This document shows, in pieces, positions 19,338 through 28,540 of a DNA stretch of 64,000 nucleotides; positions within the stretch are counted from its first letter, which is position 1; every line of letters begins with the position of its first letter. Under the pieces are notes generated by a model, which saw only the letters and a list, made by a program, of their open reading frames with translations, did not search any database and was not told the DNA's origin. The stretch covers positions 6,766 to 70,765 of the forward strand of contig DAIRTX010000001.1 in assembly GCA_036803685.1 (NCBI GenBank), read 5' to 3'. Source of the stretch: Verrucomicrobiota bacterium (GTDB taxonomy: Bacteria > Verrucomicrobiota > Verrucomicrobiia > Limisphaerales > UBA11358). The position numbers were made by a program, and so were the translations under genes.

Positions 19338-19631
19338 ATGGCAAAGAAAACGAACTCAAGGAACGGCGGCCGTGGTCAAAAACAATTCTTCGCGTTCTCC
19401 GCACCCGGCGCGGTGAGCGTGCAGTTGGTGGGTGATTTTACGCATTGGCAGGAGCGTCCCATCAATTTGCAAAAAAGCGCGGACGGCCTGTGGCGGACAA
19501 CGGTGGAATTGAAACCGGGCACGCACCACTACCGTTTCCTCGTGGACGGCGAATGGCGCGACGACCCTGAATGCGCTCTTCGCACGCAGAATCCTTACGG
19601 CAGCGAAAACATGATGCGGCAAGTGGCGTGA
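19338..19631 (+). CDS. Stand-alone CBM48 / AMPK-beta-like glycogen-binding domain protein
   Basis: FFAFSAPGAVSVQLVGDFTHWQERPINLQKSADGLWRTTVELKPGTHHYRFLVDGEWRDDPEC is a typical CBM48 (isoamylase N-terminal / E_set) sequence. Start chosen at ATG 19338, after ggaaaggaaaaaaagtt. Confidence 0.8.
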   Translation: MAKKTNSRNGGRGQKQFFAFSAPGAVSVQLVGDFTHWQERPINLQKSADGLWRTTVELKPGTHHYRFLVDGEWRDDPECALRTQNPYGSENMMRQVA

Positions 19632-19799
19632 GCGTCATCGCCTTCGTCTGACATAAGATTGAGAACCGGATTTTCGCAGCGCGCGGTTGAAAGGTTCATT
19701 GGCGCGCAAAGGTGGGAAGTTTGTTTTTGACGCGCCACAACCTGCCTTCACAAGCTGCTTGCGCCTCGACTGAAGCTTCCAAAGTGATACGTTGTTCGC

Positions 19800-20969
19800 G
19801 TGAACGACCTTCTCATCGGTCTGGTTGGCGCATTGATAGCCACGAATCAACCGCTGGCCGTCAGTAATTTGATTCAGCAGAACGCCGGTGTCTCGGTCAC
19901 GATTGTGAATCCCAACGACCCGGCGGAGAAGGAATTGACGCAGTTGATGGCCGAGGACGAAGCGGCGCTGGTCGAGGTGGACAAATGGATTCGCGATAAC
20001 AACGCCTTTGCCGCGCAGGGGGCGGGCGAGCCGAGGGAGGCATTGAACCGGCGCATCCTCGCGCGCTTCAAGCCGGTGCGCAAAAACTACGAGGATTTTC
20101 TGCGGCGTTATCCGGATTTCGCGCGCGGGCATCTGGCCTATGGCAGCTTTCTGAACGACATCAGCGAAGAAGAAGCGGCGGGGGCGCAATACGGGAAAGC
20201 CGCGCAGCTCGACCCCAAAAATCCGGCGGTGTGGAACCAGCTCGCCAACTATTACGGCGAACATGGCCCGCTCACCAACGCCTTCGTGGATTACGCCAAA
20301 GCCATCGAATTGAATCCAGCGGAGCCGGTGTATTACCAAAATCTCGCGACAACGGTTTATCTTTTCCGCAAGGACGCGAGGGCATTTTACGGCATCAGCG
20401 AGGAGCAGGTTTTCGACAAGGCGCTTGCGCTGTATCGCAAAGCCATGCAATTGAACCCGCAAAATTTCCTGCTCGCGGCCGATTACGCGGAAAGCTATTA
20501 CGGCATCCGCCCGCTCCGCACCAACGATGCCCTCGAGGCCTGGACGAATGCGCTCCAAATCGCCCACGACGACAATGAGCGCGAAGGCGTTTACATCCAT
20601 CTGGCCCGGATCAAAATGGTCGTCGGCCGTTTCGCCGAGGCCCGGGCGCATCTCAACGACGTGACCAATGCGGCATTCGCCGACACCAGGCACCGGCTCG
20701 AAAAGAGTCTCGCCGAACGCGAAAATCCACCGACGAATTCAATCGTCGCCGGCATTTCAACGAATGCTCAAAGTTTTCCAACAAATGCCGCGACCGCTGC
20801 CAGTAATACAATTATTGTTCCAACCAACCCGTTGCCCATTCTTACAAATGGAGTGCCGGTTCTCACAAATCCGCCGGCTTTCTCCACGAAGATGGTTACT
20901 GTTTTGACGAATGTTCCGCCCATTCCTCCAAATGGCTCCTATTTGTCGCAGCCTCAAAAAGTTCTGTAA
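19800..20969 (+). CDS. TPR-repeat protein with hydrophobic N-terminus and Thr/Asn/Pro-rich tail
   Basis: GTG start, the first start after an in-frame stop. Several TPR units (e.g. AVWNQLANYYGEHGPLTNAFVDYAKAIELNP). The 352-aa antisense ORF is Arg/Gly-rich shadow. Confidence 0.8.
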   Translation: MNDLLIGLVGALIATNQPLAVSNLIQQNAGVSVTIVNPNDPAEKELTQLMAEDEAALVEVDKWIRDNNAFAAQGAGEPREALNRRILARFKPVRKNYEDFLRRYPDFARGHLAYGSFLNDISEEEAAGAQYGKAAQLDPKNPAVWNQLANYYGEHGPLTNAFVDYAKAIELNPAEPVYYQNLATTVYLFRKDARAFYGISEEQVFDKALALYRKAMQLNPQNFLLAADYAESYYGIRPLRTNDALEAWTNALQIAHDDNEREGVYIHLARIKMVVGRFAEARAHLNDVTNAAFADTRHRLEKSLAERENPPTNSIVAGISTNAQSFPTNAATAASNTIIVPTNPLPILTNGVPVLTNPPAFSTKMVTVLTNVPPIPPNGSYLSQPQKVL

Positions 20970-21013
20970 ATTCAACTTTTGTCCCGACCGCTTTACGCTA
21001 AAATGACCACCGC

Positions 21014-21406
21014 ATGAGCTTTTACGACAAACTGAAATTTGATTCGAACGGCCTGATTCCGGCCATTATTCAGGAACAAAAAAACGGTCGCGTCGTAATG
21101 ATGGCGTGGATGAACCGCGCCGCGCTCGAAAAAACCATTGAGACCGGCAAGACGCATTTCTGGAGCCGGTCGCGCCAGAAATTCTGGATGAAAGGCGAGG
21201 AAAGCGGCCACACGCAGACGGTCAGGGACATCGCCTTCGATTGCGACGGCGACACGCTGTTGATCCAGGTGGACCAAATTGGCGCGGCCTGTCACGAAGG
21301 CTACCAGTCGTGCTTTTTCCGCTCCATCGAAGGCCCCGGCGGCGCCTTCAAAATCACCGAGCCGCAACTTGAAACCCCGGAACAGATTTACGGCAGGAAA
21401 AAATAA
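21014..21406 (+). CDS. hisI: Phosphoribosyl-AMP cyclohydrolase
   Basis: HFWSRSRQKFWMKGEESGHTQTVRDIAFDCDGDTLLIQVDQIGAACHEGYQSCFF is the canonical HisI core. Confidence 0.93.
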   Translation: MSFYDKLKFDSNGLIPAIIQEQKNGRVVMMAWMNRAALEKTIETGKTHFWSRSRQKFWMKGEESGHTQTVRDIAFDCDGDTLLIQVDQIGAACHEGYQSCFFRSIEGPGGAFKITEPQLETPEQIYGRKK

Positions 21407-22026
21407 TGGATGTCACTTTTCCATTCGCCAGCCGCGAATACTGCCTGTTGCTGCTGCTGCTGGTTTTTGCGCGGGGAATGGATTTTCTCAGCACCTGGAT
21501 CGCGACGCCGAACCTCGTGCTCGAAGGCAATCCCCTCGCCAAAAAACTCGGCTGGCAATGGGGTTTGCTGCTCAACATTGTTCTCGTCGGCGTGCTCGCC
21601 ATGTGGCCGTTGTCGGCCATCGTCGTCGCCACCGCGAGCGTGCTCGTGGCCGCGCGTAATTTTCAATCCGCATGGCTGATGCACTCGCTCGGCGAGGAAC
21701 ATTACCGGCAATGGCATGTCGAGCGGATTCAGGAGACGCGCATCACGCTCTACCTGTTTTGCCTCGCGGGCAACACACTGCTGACCGCCGGCGTTGGGGC
21801 GGCGCTGATTTATTTCAGCCACCTTCGGCTGGTGCCGTTCGCCATCGGCATGGGCATGGTGGCCTACGCGGCCGCCGTGGCGCTTTATACGCTGCTGGCG
21901 ATCTGGCGAATCCGGCGCGCGGCCAAAAAAATGGAAGCGCGGAATAATTCCCTCCCGAATGGCAAAGGTTTTACGGCGGATGCCTGGGTGCGCGTTGAAA
22001 ATCGCTCGCCCGACAATATCATTTAG
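21406..22026 (+). CDS. Polytopic membrane protein (DUF5658-like)
   Basis: 206 aa with about five TM helices. TAATG overlap with hisI. The N-terminal motif ARGMDFLSTWIATPNLVLEGNPLAK resembles DUF5658. Confidence 0.65.
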   Translation: MDVTFPFASREYCLLLLLLVFARGMDFLSTWIATPNLVLEGNPLAKKLGWQWGLLLNIVLVGVLAMWPLSAIVVATASVLVAARNFQSAWLMHSLGEEHYRQWHVERIQETRITLYLFCLAGNTLLTAGVGAALIYFSHLRLVPFAIGMGMVAYAAAVALYTLLAIWRIRRAAKKMEARNNSLPNGKGFTADAWVRVENRSPDNII

Positions 22027-22029
22027 CCA

Positions 22030-23574
22030 ATGTATTCACCGACCCCGGATGAATTTTTGAAGCTGGCCGCGCAGGGCAATGTGATTCCCATCACACGCCG
22101 CCTGCTGGCCGACATCGAAACGCCGCTTTCGGCCTACCGAAAAATCCGCGGCGCGGGCGAATCGTTTTTGTTCGAATCGGTCGAAGGCGGCGAGCATCTC
22201 GGGCGCTATTCGTTCGTTGGTTGCAATCCGCGCGCGGTCATCAAGCAAACCGGCAATCGCGTCGAAGTCATTGAAAATGGGAAGGTTGTCGAAAGTTTTA
22301 ACGTTGGTAGGGACGCGCTGCCGCGCGTCCAGATCCCGCAATGCGGGACCGGCCCTACCGTCCGCGACGGTCTGGCGGTCGTCGAGCGCGTGATGAAAAA
22401 ATATCGCGCGGTCCTGCTGCCGGGTTTGCCGCGTTTCACCGGCGGCGCCATCGGTTTCATCGGCTACGAATTCATTCACGACGTTGAACCCGTCGTGCCG
22501 CGCCCGCCCAAGGACGAATTGCAAACGCCCACCATGGTTTTTCTCATCGCCGACCAATTACTGATTTTTGACCGGGTGGCACAGACCATCACCGTCTTGG
22601 TCAACGCCTTTCTCGACGGCGCAGCGGGGCCGGCCGAGGTTTACGAAGATGCCGTCGGCGAAATTGAGCGGCTTGTTTCGTTGCTCGAACAGCCGAGCGA
22701 ACACCATCCGGTCAGCCTGCCGGGCGAAGTGCCGCCGGTGCCATTTGAGTCGAACGTCACCAAGGAGAAGTTTTTTGCGAACGTGCTCAAAGCCAAGGAA
22801 TACATCACGGCGGGCGACATCATCCAGGTCGTCGGTTCGCAACGGTTTTCCACGCCGGTGAAGGCGTCGCCGATTGATGTTTATCGCGCCGTGCGTTCGG
22901 TGAATCCGTCGCCCTACATGTTTTTGCTGGAATTGGACGGCTTTTCGCTCGTGGGCGCTTCACCGGAAATTCACGTGCGCTGCGAGGACGGCAGGGTGGA
23001 AATCCGTCCCATCGCCGGCACGCGCCGTCGCGGCAAAACACCGGAGGAAGACGCTACGCTCGAAAAGGAATTGCTGGCCGACCCGAAGGAACGTGCCGAG
23101 CACGTGATGCTCGTGGATCTGGCGCGCAACGACATCGGGCGCGTGTGCGATTTCGGCAGCGTGCGGGTGAAGGACCTGATGATCATTGAGCGTTACAGCC
23201 ACGTCATGCACATTGTGTCGCAGGTGGAAGGCAAACTTTCCGCCGACAAGACGCTTTACGATTTGATGCGCGCGACGTTTCCGGCGGGCACGGTCAGCGG
23301 CGCCCCGAAAATCCGCGCGATGCAGATTATTTCCGAGCTCGAACAGACCACCCGCGGACCGTACGGCGGCTGCGTCGGTTATTTTTCGTTCAACGGCAAT
23401 CTCGACACGTGCATCACCATCCGTACCGCGCTACTCAAGGACGGCAAAGCTTACGTGCAGGCCGGGGGCGGCTGGGTCAGCGATTCGACGCCCGAAGGCG
23501 AATTTCAGGAAACCGTCAACAAATCCAAGGCCATGCTCAAGGCCGTGGCGATGGCGGAAGGATTCGCGCGCTGA
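22030..23574 (+). CDS. trpE: Anthranilate synthase component I
   Basis: Chorismate-binding core ([62 protein letters not shown]). Carries an 18-codon in-frame repeat insertion at 22306-22359. Confidence 0.95.
   Translation: MYSPTPDEFLKLAAQGNVIPITRRLLADIETPLSAYRKIRGAGESFLFESVEGGEHLGRYSFVGCNPRAVIKQTGNRVEVIENGKVVESFNVGRDALPRVQIPQCGTGPTVRDGLAVVERVMKKYRAVLLPGLPRFTGGAIGFIGYEFIHDVEPVVPRPPKDELQTPTMVFLIADQLLIFDRVAQTITVLVNAFLDGAAGPAEVYEDAVGEIERLVSLLEQPSEHHPVSLPGEVPPVPFESNVTKEKFFANVLKAKEYITAGDIIQVVGSQRFSTPVKASPIDVYRAVRSVNPSPYMFLLELDGFSLVGASPEIHVRCEDGRVEIRPIAGTRRRGKTPEEDATLEKELLADPKERAEHVMLVDLARNDIGRVCDFGSVRVKDLMIIERYSHVMHIVSQVEGKLSADKTLYDLMRATFPAGTVSGAPKIRAMQIISELEQTTRGPYGGCVGYFSFNGNLDTCITIRTALLKDGKAYVQAGGGWVSDSTPEGEFQETVNKSKAMLKAVAMAEGFAR
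22306..22359. repeat. 54-bp nested-hairpin REP-like element, copy 1 (inside trpE, in frame)
   Basis: GGTAGGGACGCGCTGCCGCGCGTCCAGATCCCGCAATGCGGGACCGGCCCTACC. Outer stem GGTAGGG/CCCTACC. Inner hairpins GGACGCGC-tgcc-GCGCGTCC and TCCCGCA-a-TGCGGGA. 51/54 identical to 36513-36566. Confidence 0.9.
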
Positions 23575-23589
23575 AAATTTAATCCGCCT

Positions 23590-23718
23590 GTAGCAGCCGA
23601 GGTAACGAGGCTGATCGGGTTGAGGGTTCATGGTTGAGAGTTGAGAGTTATGAAAAGTCAGAGCCCCCTCACCAGTCTTCGCACCAAGTGCTACGACCCG
23701 GTAGGCGTCGGCTGCTAC
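23590..23718. repeat. 129-bp MITE-like intergenic element bounded by 11-bp inverted repeats
   Basis: GTAGCAGCCGA at 23590-23600 and its exact complement TCGGCTGCTAC at 23708-23718. The interior holds a GGTTGAG-type heptamer array (23618-23649). Lies just after the trpE stop. Confidence 0.6.
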
Positions 23719-23808
23719 GATTTCGGCCATGTTCTTCACGCGACATTCGGAATTAAATCGTTTGCGGCCGGTGGGTCTTTTGTTAAGCTGCCTTAAGTCT
23801 GGGAAGTT

Positions 23809-25089
23809 ATGAAGCGTTGGCATTTCATCACCATGGCGGGACTGCTTCTGGGCACAGTGGCGGTTCCAGCCGCACAGGTGGGGCTGATCAAAATTGACGG
23901 TGCCATCGGTCCGGCCACGGCCAGTTACATCGCACGCGCGGTGGACATAGCGGCGGCGCAGAACGATGAATGCCTCATCATTCAACTCGACACGCCCGGC
24001 GGCCTGCTCGAATCCACCAAACAAATCGTCCAGACCTTTTACACCTCGAAAGTGCCCACGGCCGTTTACGTCGCGCCCTCGGGCGCATGTGCCGGCAGCG
24101 CGGGCGTGTTCATTACCCTGGCTGCTGACGTTGCCGCAATGGCGCCAAACACCAGCATCGGTGCGGCACACCCGGTCGAGATTGGCACCAGTGGCAGCGT
24201 CGAAAAAACCGACGACGTGATGAAACAAAAGATGGAGAATTACGCTTCCAGCTTCATTGAAACCATCGCGGACAAACGGAGCCGCAACGTGGAGTGGGCC
24301 AAATCCGCCGTCGTCCAAAGCGTGGCAACAACCGCCGAAAAGGCGCTCGATATCGGTGTCATTGACCTCATCGCGGATGATATGCCGGATTTGCTCAAAC
24401 AACTGGATGGCCGCGAATTCAACGGCCGGACGCTTCACACGGCCAACGCCAAAGTCGTTGAAATCCCCATGAACCCGTGGGAGCGATTTTCCCAACTATT
24501 CCTGCGGCCGGAAGTAATGTTCATCCTGATGTTAATGGTGATTTACGGGATCATCGGCGAGTTGAGCCATCCGGGCGCGATCCTGCCGGGCATTGTTGGG
24601 GCGATTGCGCTGATCCTCGTGCTTTACATGTCGTCCATCCTGCCGGTCAACGTCACCGGACTGGTATTGATCGGGCTGGCGATCGCATTGTTCATCGTGG
24701 ACGTTTTTTCGCCGACGCACGGCGTGTTGACGGCGGGCGGCATTGTGGCCTTTTTCCTCGGCGCGATGATGCTGTTCAGCCACATCGGGCCGGGCTTTGG
24801 ATTACCACTGTCCTGGATCATTCCGGCGACGCTCGTCACGGCAGCGTTCTTTGTATTCGTCGTCGGCAAGGGTATTCGCGCGCAGTTCAAGCCCGTTCGC
24901 GCCGGCAAGGAAACGATGCTCGGCCAGACGGTCAACGCGCTTTCGCGCATTGACTCGCAGGGCGGCAGGGTGTTTATCGAGGGCGAAACTTGGAATGCCG
25001 TGAGCGAAACGCCGGTCGAAGCCGGACAGCCCGTCGAAGTCACCGGCATCAAAGGATTGACGTTGAAAGTAAAACCTAAAAAACCATAA
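23809..25089 (+). CDS. nfeD: NfeD-family membrane-bound serine protease
   Basis: Signal peptide, ClpP-like domain (IIQLDTPGGLLESTKQIV, APSGACAGSAGVFI), four TM helices, and a C-terminal OB domain (GRVFIEGETWNAVSE...VEVTGIKGLTLKV). Confidence 0.92.
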   Translation: MKRWHFITMAGLLLGTVAVPAAQVGLIKIDGAIGPATASYIARAVDIAAAQNDECLIIQLDTPGGLLESTKQIVQTFYTSKVPTAVYVAPSGACAGSAGVFITLAADVAAMAPNTSIGAAHPVEIGTSGSVEKTDDVMKQKMENYASSFIETIADKRSRNVEWAKSAVVQSVATTAEKALDIGVIDLIADDMPDLLKQLDGREFNGRTLHTANAKVVEIPMNPWERFSQLFLRPEVMFILMLMVIYGIIGELSHPGAILPGIVGAIALILVLYMSSILPVNVTGLVLIGLAIALFIVDVFSPTHGVLTAGGIVAFFLGAMMLFSHIGPGFGLPLSWIIPATLVTAAFFVFVVGKGIRAQFKPVRAGKETMLGQTVNALSRIDSQGGRVFIEGETWNAVSETPVEAGQPVEVTGIKGLTLKVKPKKP

Positions 25090-25100
25090 CGGAGAAAATT

Positions 25101-25883
25101 ATGAACGAACTCATTGGCGGACTTATGAAAGCATTGGGCGTATCGGCCCCATTCGTAATCATTGTCGTGGTGCTGGCAATTTTCATCTTGCCGCAGTCAA
25201 TCCGCATCCTGCGCGAATACGAACGCGGTGTTATTTTCCGGCTCGGCAAATTGCAGAGCGCAAAAGGGCCGGGACTCATTTTCCTCATTCCCATCGTGGA
25301 CAAGATGGTGCGGATGGATTTGCGCGTGGTGACCATTGACGTGCCCAAACAGGAAATCATGACGCGCGACAACGTGCCCGCCACGGTGGACGCGGTGATT
25401 TATTTCCGCGTCGTGGATCCGAACGCGGCGATGGTGAAGGTGGAAAATTTCTGGAAGGCGACTTCGCTCATCGCGCAGACGACCTTGCGCAGCGTGCTCG
25501 GTCAATCGCCGTTGGACGACCTGCTGGCACAACGCGATATCATCAACCAGAAGTTGCAGGAGATCATTGATAAACAAACCGAGCCGTGGGGCATCAAAGT
25601 CACCGCCGTGGAAGTGAAGGACGTGGCGTTGCCAGACAGCATGAAACGCGCGATGGCCAAACAAGCCGAAGCCGAACGCGAACGCCGCGCGAAAGTCGTG
25701 AACGCGGAAGGCGAATTTCAAGCCGCCGAAAAAATGGTGCAGGCCGCCGCGTTGATCGCCAAGGAGCCGATTGCGCTGCAACTGCGTTATCTCCAGACCA
25801 TGCGCGAAATGGCCAGCGAACACAACACCACCACATTCCTGCCGCTGCCGATAGATTTGTTCAGCGCATTTTTGAAGAAGTAG
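25101..25883 (+). CDS. SPFH/band-7 (stomatin-like, slipin) protein
   Basis: N-terminal TM helix, then ILREYERGVIFRLGKL...DLRVVTIDVPKQEIMTRDNV...AVIYFRV, followed by an EAERE coiled-coil. Classic nfeD partner. Confidence 0.95.
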   Translation: MNELIGGLMKALGVSAPFVIIVVVLAIFILPQSIRILREYERGVIFRLGKLQSAKGPGLIFLIPIVDKMVRMDLRVVTIDVPKQEIMTRDNVPATVDAVIYFRVVDPNAAMVKVENFWKATSLIAQTTLRSVLGQSPLDDLLAQRDIINQKLQEIIDKQTEPWGIKVTAVEVKDVALPDSMKRAMAKQAEAERERRAKVVNAEGEFQAAEKMVQAAALIAKEPIALQLRYLQTMREMASEHNTTTFLPLPIDLFSAFLKK

Positions 25884-25890
25884 AAATTAA

Positions 25891-26001
25891 ATGCCCGATA
25901 TGAAAGCCAACTCTTGTTGGTATTTCATCTGCGAAAGCGGCTGCATGGTATGCGGTGGGAAGTTAACCTTACGCCGCTCGTTGTGTACATTTTTCCGGTA
26001 G
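25891..26001 (+). CDS. Unlisted 36-aa Cys-rich small ORF, paralogous to the N-terminal half of the zinc-ribbon protein at 27031-27276
   Basis: MPDMKANSCWYFICESGCMVCGGKLTLRRSLCTFFR*. The segment ICESGCMVCGGKLTLRRSL aligns with LCEGDCKVCGGKFTLRRPL at 13/19 identities. Starts 8 nt after the SPFH stop. Too short for the ORF track. Confidence 0.4.
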   Translation: MPDMKANSCWYFICESGCMVCGGKLTLRRSLCTFFR

Positions 26002-26056
26002 GCGCATTTCTACCATCATCCCGTCAATATTCGCGCATATCACCCATCTTGCCGTA

Positions 26057-27028
26057 TTGGCGTTCTCCGGTCTGGCGGCCTGGTGGTTGAGCGGGTACGA
26101 CTCAAAATTGACGGGCGCGAATAAAAGGGAAGACTCCATCCGCAGAGCCATACGCTGTGGCATAACATTGCCCTTGGTGGCAATGTTTTTTGGGTTGTCC
26201 GCTGCAGGAGAGACCATGCTGCTGGCGCTTATAATTGGAGGGATGCTGGCCCTGATCTGGTGCGGTTGTATTGCTGAATTGTTCGCGCGGTGGTTTCATC
26301 ATCTGGTTGATCCCCCGGATAAGCGGGAGTTTGATCCCAACAAGGGCCTTCGCGATCTGGACATAATTGCCAGCCTGATTAAAAACGGCCAGCGGGAGGA
26401 GGCCGTTCAATTATGCCAGATGCTCAAGGAATCCGGAGCTGTCAGCATCCTCGCACTGGAAACAACGCTGGAACACCTTGGCGTCAAACAAGAAAGTGTC
26501 CAAAAACCCAAGCCGTTGACCGAAGCTTATCACCTGCGCATGCAGGGACGGTTCCAGGAAGCGGAATCCATTTTAAAGCCGTTGCTGGCCGAAGATCCGC
26601 GCAATGTGGATGCGGCCATGATGCTTATGCGGGTTTACGCACAGGATCTGCACCGCCCGCATAAAGCCATGGAAATCCTTCAGGCGCTTGAAAAGCAACC
26701 TTATATTTCACCTGCCCATGTTGAATTTGCCCGCCGTTCGATCGGCGAATGGAGCCACGCGAAACCCAGGCCGGAAAAGGTTGACGCCCCGCCGGAATCC
26801 ATTGACGAACTCCTGGTCCAAGGGTGTCTCGGCACGGTCATTGAAGTCCTGGAACAAAAAATCAAGGAACAAGCCGGGGATTTTGATTTAAGGATCAAAC
26901 TGGCCGAGGTCCACGCCTTGCATTGCGGCAACGTCCATCAAGCCGGGAAAATCGTGCAAAAGATTGAAGCCCACCCCGGTTGGACAATTTGTTTGATTGA
27001 CGAAGCGGGTTTCCAATTCGACATTTAG
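26057..27028 (+). CDS. Membrane protein with helical-repeat (TPR-like) C-terminal domain
   Basis: 323-aa ORF with a TTG start; the frame is open upstream to 25967, so the true start is uncertain. Hydrophobic helices in the first ~85 aa, then amphipathic helical repeats. No family recognised. Confidence 0.6.
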   Translation: MAFSGLAAWWLSGYDSKLTGANKREDSIRRAIRCGITLPLVAMFFGLSAAGETMLLALIIGGMLALIWCGCIAELFARWFHHLVDPPDKREFDPNKGLRDLDIIASLIKNGQREEAVQLCQMLKESGAVSILALETTLEHLGVKQESVQKPKPLTEAYHLRMQGRFQEAESILKPLLAEDPRNVDAAMMLMRVYAQDLHRPHKAMEILQALEKQPYISPAHVEFARRSIGEWSHAKPRPEKVDAPPESIDELLVQGCLGTVIEVLEQKIKEQAGDFDLRIKLAEVHALHCGNVHQAGKIVQKIEAHPGWTICLIDEAGFQFDI

Positions 27029-27030
27029 CG

Positions 27031-27276
27031 ATGCCCCTTTACGAATACGAACTGTGCGAAGGCGACTGCAAGGTCTGCGGCGGAAAATTCACCCTGCGCC
27101 GGCCGCTTTCGGCCAAGCCGCTGACGCATTGTCCGGCGTGCAAAAAGCCGGTGCGCAAAATCATTTCCACCTTCAATTCGCCGCACAAGCTCAAGCCGTT
27201 GTCCATCTCCGACGCGAAAAAGGCCGGGTTCACCGTGCTTAAAAAAATCAGCAAGGGCGAATACGAACGGCAGTGA
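27031..27276 (+). CDS. FmdB-family putative regulatory zinc-ribbon protein
   Basis: MPLYEY.L C...C..CG..F......  ...CP.C is the FmdB/CxxC_CxxC_SSSS pattern: MPLYEYELCEGDCKVCGGKF...THCPACKKPV. Starts 2 nt after the upstream stop. Confidence 0.85.
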   Translation: MPLYEYELCEGDCKVCGGKFTLRRPLSAKPLTHCPACKKPVRKIISTFNSPHKLKPLSISDAKKAGFTVLKKISKGEYERQ

Positions 27277-27282
27277 AGTTCT

Positions 27283-27314
27283 GGTTGAGGGCTGAAGGTT
27301 GAGGGTTGAGGGTT
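27283..27314. repeat. Heptanucleotide tandem array (GGTTGAG GGCTGAA GGTTGAG GGTTGAG GGTT)
   Basis: Read directly from the sequence, 7 nt after the zinc-ribbon stop. The same GGTTGAG heptamer array occurs at 23618-23649. Confidence 0.8.
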
Positions 27315-27429
27315 TGAATCACCGCATGGCGGTTTTGCTGCCAGAATTGCCATTAACTTCAAAAGGATTCACGGGTTTTGAATTTATTTTTGACGCAGAG
27401 TGTCCAATTGATTAGCCTGATAGTCTGAG

Positions 27430-28518
27430 ATGGATTTTAGCTTTGCATATTTGAAACGCGTGTTGCCTTTGGCCGCCGCCGTGTTGGGTGCGGTATTTTC
27501 CGTCCAAGCCCAGCGCGCAGCACTTCGCCCGGGACAATCTATTTTGTTTTCCTCGCCGGAGAGCGACACTGTTTTCTCCAACATGCCGTCGCTTTCGCCC
27601 AAGCCGCCGGAGTCGCTGGATTTTGGCAACACTTTGCAGGCTCCGCCATCGTTCAGCTTCAGCGGTCCGTCCGTTGACACACCGTTGCCGGTGGGCGTGC
27701 CGGTGGTTTCACCCGCCAAGGCGTTACGGCTGCAGGACCTGCTGGATAAGCGCAAGAATTGGATGCTGATGACGCCCGCGGAAATCCTCGGCGCGACCAC
27801 GCCGGAAAAGATTCTGGGAATCCAGGAACATGACGCGGCCGGCCGGCCAAAAAATTTAACGGCGCTGGAACGCTACACCGAAAGGCAGAATCAAACGCCG
27901 ACGGTCAACACCAATGCGTTTCCAACCTGGAATTTTTCCGGTAAACGGCCCGACACGTTGAACTCCATCCCCGGTGAATTGGGAAGTCCAGCCAACATGG
28001 CCAGCCCGCTGCTTAATCCCGCACCGAACAATCAAACATTTGCCGGGCAAAATAAAAACAACAGATGGTCAAAATTGTTCGGCTCACCGTCGCCGTCGCC
28101 GGTTGTCACCATGGCGCAACAGATGAACATGGAACGGTTCAGACAATTGCTTAAGCCAGGCTCGTCATCCACCGCCGCGGCAACAACCCCTTCATTGGGC
28201 GGCATAAAAACCTCCCTGCCGCAAACGGAGCTGAGTTCCGGCCTTGGCCAGTCTTCACTGACTCCGGTCGGCGCGTCATTCCCTCTGAAGCTCGTCGAGT
28301 TCGTGCCATTGGTTGAACGACAGTCTTTACTGACTCCGGTCGGCGCGTCATTCACTCCATTGAATAACGGGATTGGCAAGCCCGCCGAGATGCCGAAGTT
28401 ACCCAGTATCTGGAGTCTAAGTTTAACGTCGCCTCCATCGGCCGCCTGGGGACCGCAGCCGCCGCCTTGGTTGTCGCTCACACCGCAGCCATTCGCTATT
28501 CCGCAACGGAAATTTTGA
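27430..28518 (+). CDS. Secreted Pro/Ser-rich hypothetical protein
   Basis: Signal peptide (LKRVLPLAAAVLGAVFSVQAQ). Low-complexity P/S/T-rich body. In-frame 72-nt direct duplication (28249-28281 vs 28321-28353, 32/33 identical, SLTPVGASF twice). Confidence 0.6.
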   Translation: MDFSFAYLKRVLPLAAAVLGAVFSVQAQRAALRPGQSILFSSPESDTVFSNMPSLSPKPPESLDFGNTLQAPPSFSFSGPSVDTPLPVGVPVVSPAKALRLQDLLDKRKNWMLMTPAEILGATTPEKILGIQEHDAAGRPKNLTALERYTERQNQTPTVNTNAFPTWNFSGKRPDTLNSIPGELGSPANMASPLLNPAPNNQTFAGQNKNNRWSKLFGSPSPSPVVTMAQQMNMERFRQLLKPGSSSTAAATTPSLGGIKTSLPQTELSSGLGQSSLTPVGASFPLKLVEFVPLVERQSLLTPVGASFTPLNNGIGKPAEMPKLPSIWSLSLTSPPSAAWGPQPPPWLSLTPQPFAIPQRKF

Positions 28519-28540
28519 CTCCGACACCCGGGATCGGAGG

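Noticed and set aside
27283-27314. Possible CRISPR array or other spaced repeats (heptamer arrays at 23618-23649, 27283-27314 and 33432-33459).
   Set aside because: The units are 7 nt and directly tandem, with no spacers. No cas genes are present. This is not CRISPR architecture.
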